Shown here one piece after another: positions 61,871 through 64,000 of a stretch of DNA of 64,000 bases (positions are counted from its first letter, which is position 1; every line of letters begins with the position of its first letter). A program made the position numbers and the translations under genes. The stretch is from Octopus sinensis (lineage: Eukaryota), in the NCBI RefSeq assembly GCF_006345805.1, contig NC_042998.1, positions 201,562,001 through 201,626,000 on the forward strand. The letters run 5' to 3'. The notes under the pieces are model-generated. The model was not told the origin of the DNA. It worked only from the letters and a program-made list of their open reading frames with translations, and searched no databases.

Positions 61871-64000
61871 GTTATGACCATTTGCTCTTTCTTAAGTTGA
61901 AAGTGTGCCCTATAATTTTAAAATGGGCAAAATTTAACGGGGATTTAGGACATAATGTTGGAAATCAAAATATCGCGTTACGTAGGAATAGTCTGGATAA
62001 AAAATGCTTGCAGTTTTGCGAATAATCTAAAAGCAGGCACAGACACCAAAAATTATATAGGAAAACATATATTTCAGATCTTGGGAAACCGTGTTAAGAT
62101 TTTAGAGTTCATATTTAGATATTTTGTGTTGTTTTGCAACGCATATCTCATCAAATTATCTGTAATTAACAACCATTATTTCAGTTTGCGAAAGTTGTAA
62201 TCACATATCATTTTCCACAGGCTGTAAAGACACTATAAATCATTATATGACATAAAGTAAGAGAAATAAAGAGAAAACAATATTTTAATAAAGTATTGGA
62301 ATATTTAAGATGGATTGATTAAACAACTGAAAAATCCACTAATTAATCACGAAAGTAGATTATAAATAAATTATAAATATAATGATTCAAAATTTGATTT
62401 AGCGGCGAAGAACAGAGAACAATTCAATCAACAAAAAATATCGCATTAAATATTGCCAAAATTAAATATTAGGCATGCAAAACAATTGAGGTTTTAATTT
62501 CATGTTTAATAACATTGTAGTGGAATTGAATTTCAAAATGTGAGAACAATTAGGAAAAATGATAAAAGAATATAAATATATGTTTAAAATATATCATTAT
62601 AAAGAAAGAATTACAAAAACATTGAATCGTTTTTTGAACTCCTAAGAAAATATTTATTATAAATGTTCTGAAGAAATTAAGAGATTTGTTTTGTTAACTT
62701 AGTCTGATTATAGATAAATCTATTTTCGTGTTGAAGTAGTAATTTTTGGTATTAAAATGCTTGAAGGATGGGCTGTTGTATTGCGAAAAAGAAATATTTG
62801 ATAATAAAAGTAAATAAATTTATATATTTTTGTTATTCAGTGAATAACTATAGTGTTTATAGAATATTTTGGTGTTCCAAGACTGACAGAATGAAATAAT
62901 GAGTTTCTTTAATGCAGATGCAGTACAGAGCTGATAAGTCTTTACAGAACATGGGAGATTAGGGGCAAAGGGATAACTGTTTGAATAACTGCAATTAAGT
63001 GAATTCTATAACAACCCCATGAGATGCAAGCTTTGTTGTTATATATATAGTGACACTTAAAGCCGAACAGGTAAAAACAAGTGTAAATAATCAGATGATC
63101 TTTCAAATATTTCCTCTTGATCATATTTCAGTCATTAGACATTGAATGCTTTGGTGTTCGTCATGGGTAGTAGGTTTCATTAAGCAATCCAAGGAGAGTC
63201 GTCAGAAAATCTACACCCGATGCATATGATTTCAACTGTAGTTAAACCCTGTTTGAATGGTTACCTTTTTAAGAATATCTCGCAATATAATGCAGTACGT
63301 AAAAAAAAATCTCAATCTAGCACAAATGTTTATCTTATTTATAATATTCTCAATAATTGAGGCATTAATTTGGTGTAGTTATTCTTGATCGTGAAGTATT
63401 ATTGATTCGTTTATTCTTCCATCCAAATCTATAAGAGAAAATCGAATGAGTCACAAGCTGCATTATATAGGCCTCTCTGTTGGAAGAACCTCACTGATAT
63501 TTATTTATGATAAATTGCTGTGGTAGACGTTTAATGTTCACATCTGTAAATTAACGGTAAAAGATATTCCTGACGTTCAACACCTTACGTGCGTGTTGGA
63601 AATATAGGTTATTGGAAGAAACTGAGTAGAGGAGTTATAGTATGTTGTGGATTCGTATAAAGTTGACGAATGCGCAGCGGTAAACTTAAGCATTTTTACA
63701 AAATATGCAACCGTCAATGAAGACTATGAAATCATCAGAGATTCATTTGATGCTAAAATAGAGGCAGTGTCGAAAAAGGGGGTTTCCTTCACATGCACAA
63801 AGACTGCATTTGAAGAAGCTAAATAAGGCATTCCCCTTCCGCTGCTGCAGATATTTGCAATGGTCAAACTCTATCCTAAGAACCACCATAGGAGATGACC
63901 AGAATCATAACTGCATATTAGATAACACATTTATGTTGCACGTCTCTTTGTTCCAACCAAGTGGAAGGTTTTGTTATAGATGAAGTTCTCAGAAACGTCG

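Overview
AT-rich eukaryotic DNA dominated by repeats. The SINE, LINE and microsatellite families suggest a coleoid cephalopod, probably an octopus; this is inference from recognition, not a database search. I could not identify a host gene confidently and found only weak exon and promoter candidates near 55.2-58.9 kb. The window holds (1) about 20 copies of at least three tRNA-derived SINE families, including a dimer bounded by one 16-bp TSD; (2) R4/Dong-type LINE 3' ends associated with (TAA)n, and a non-tRNA element that sits in the same microsatellite; (3) two Penelope-like element fragments; (4) a near full-length CR1-clade LINE (about 48.08-52.6 kb, minus strand) whose ORF1 has a Myb/SANT-like N-terminus and a CCCH finger; (5) RTE fragments, three mariner relics and two long-inverted-repeat units; (6) a tRNA-Asp pseudogene; (7) several minimal hammerhead-ribozyme-like motifs in short repeats. 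The most unusual object is a ~610-bp quasi-palindrome at 24078-24690. It has two back-to-back R4/Dong 3' ends, each followed by a (TAA)n tract and a hammerhead-like module, one on each strand. Most short ORFs in the supplied track are microsatellite or chance translations. Element boundaries are read by eye and approximate unless a TSD or TIR is given.
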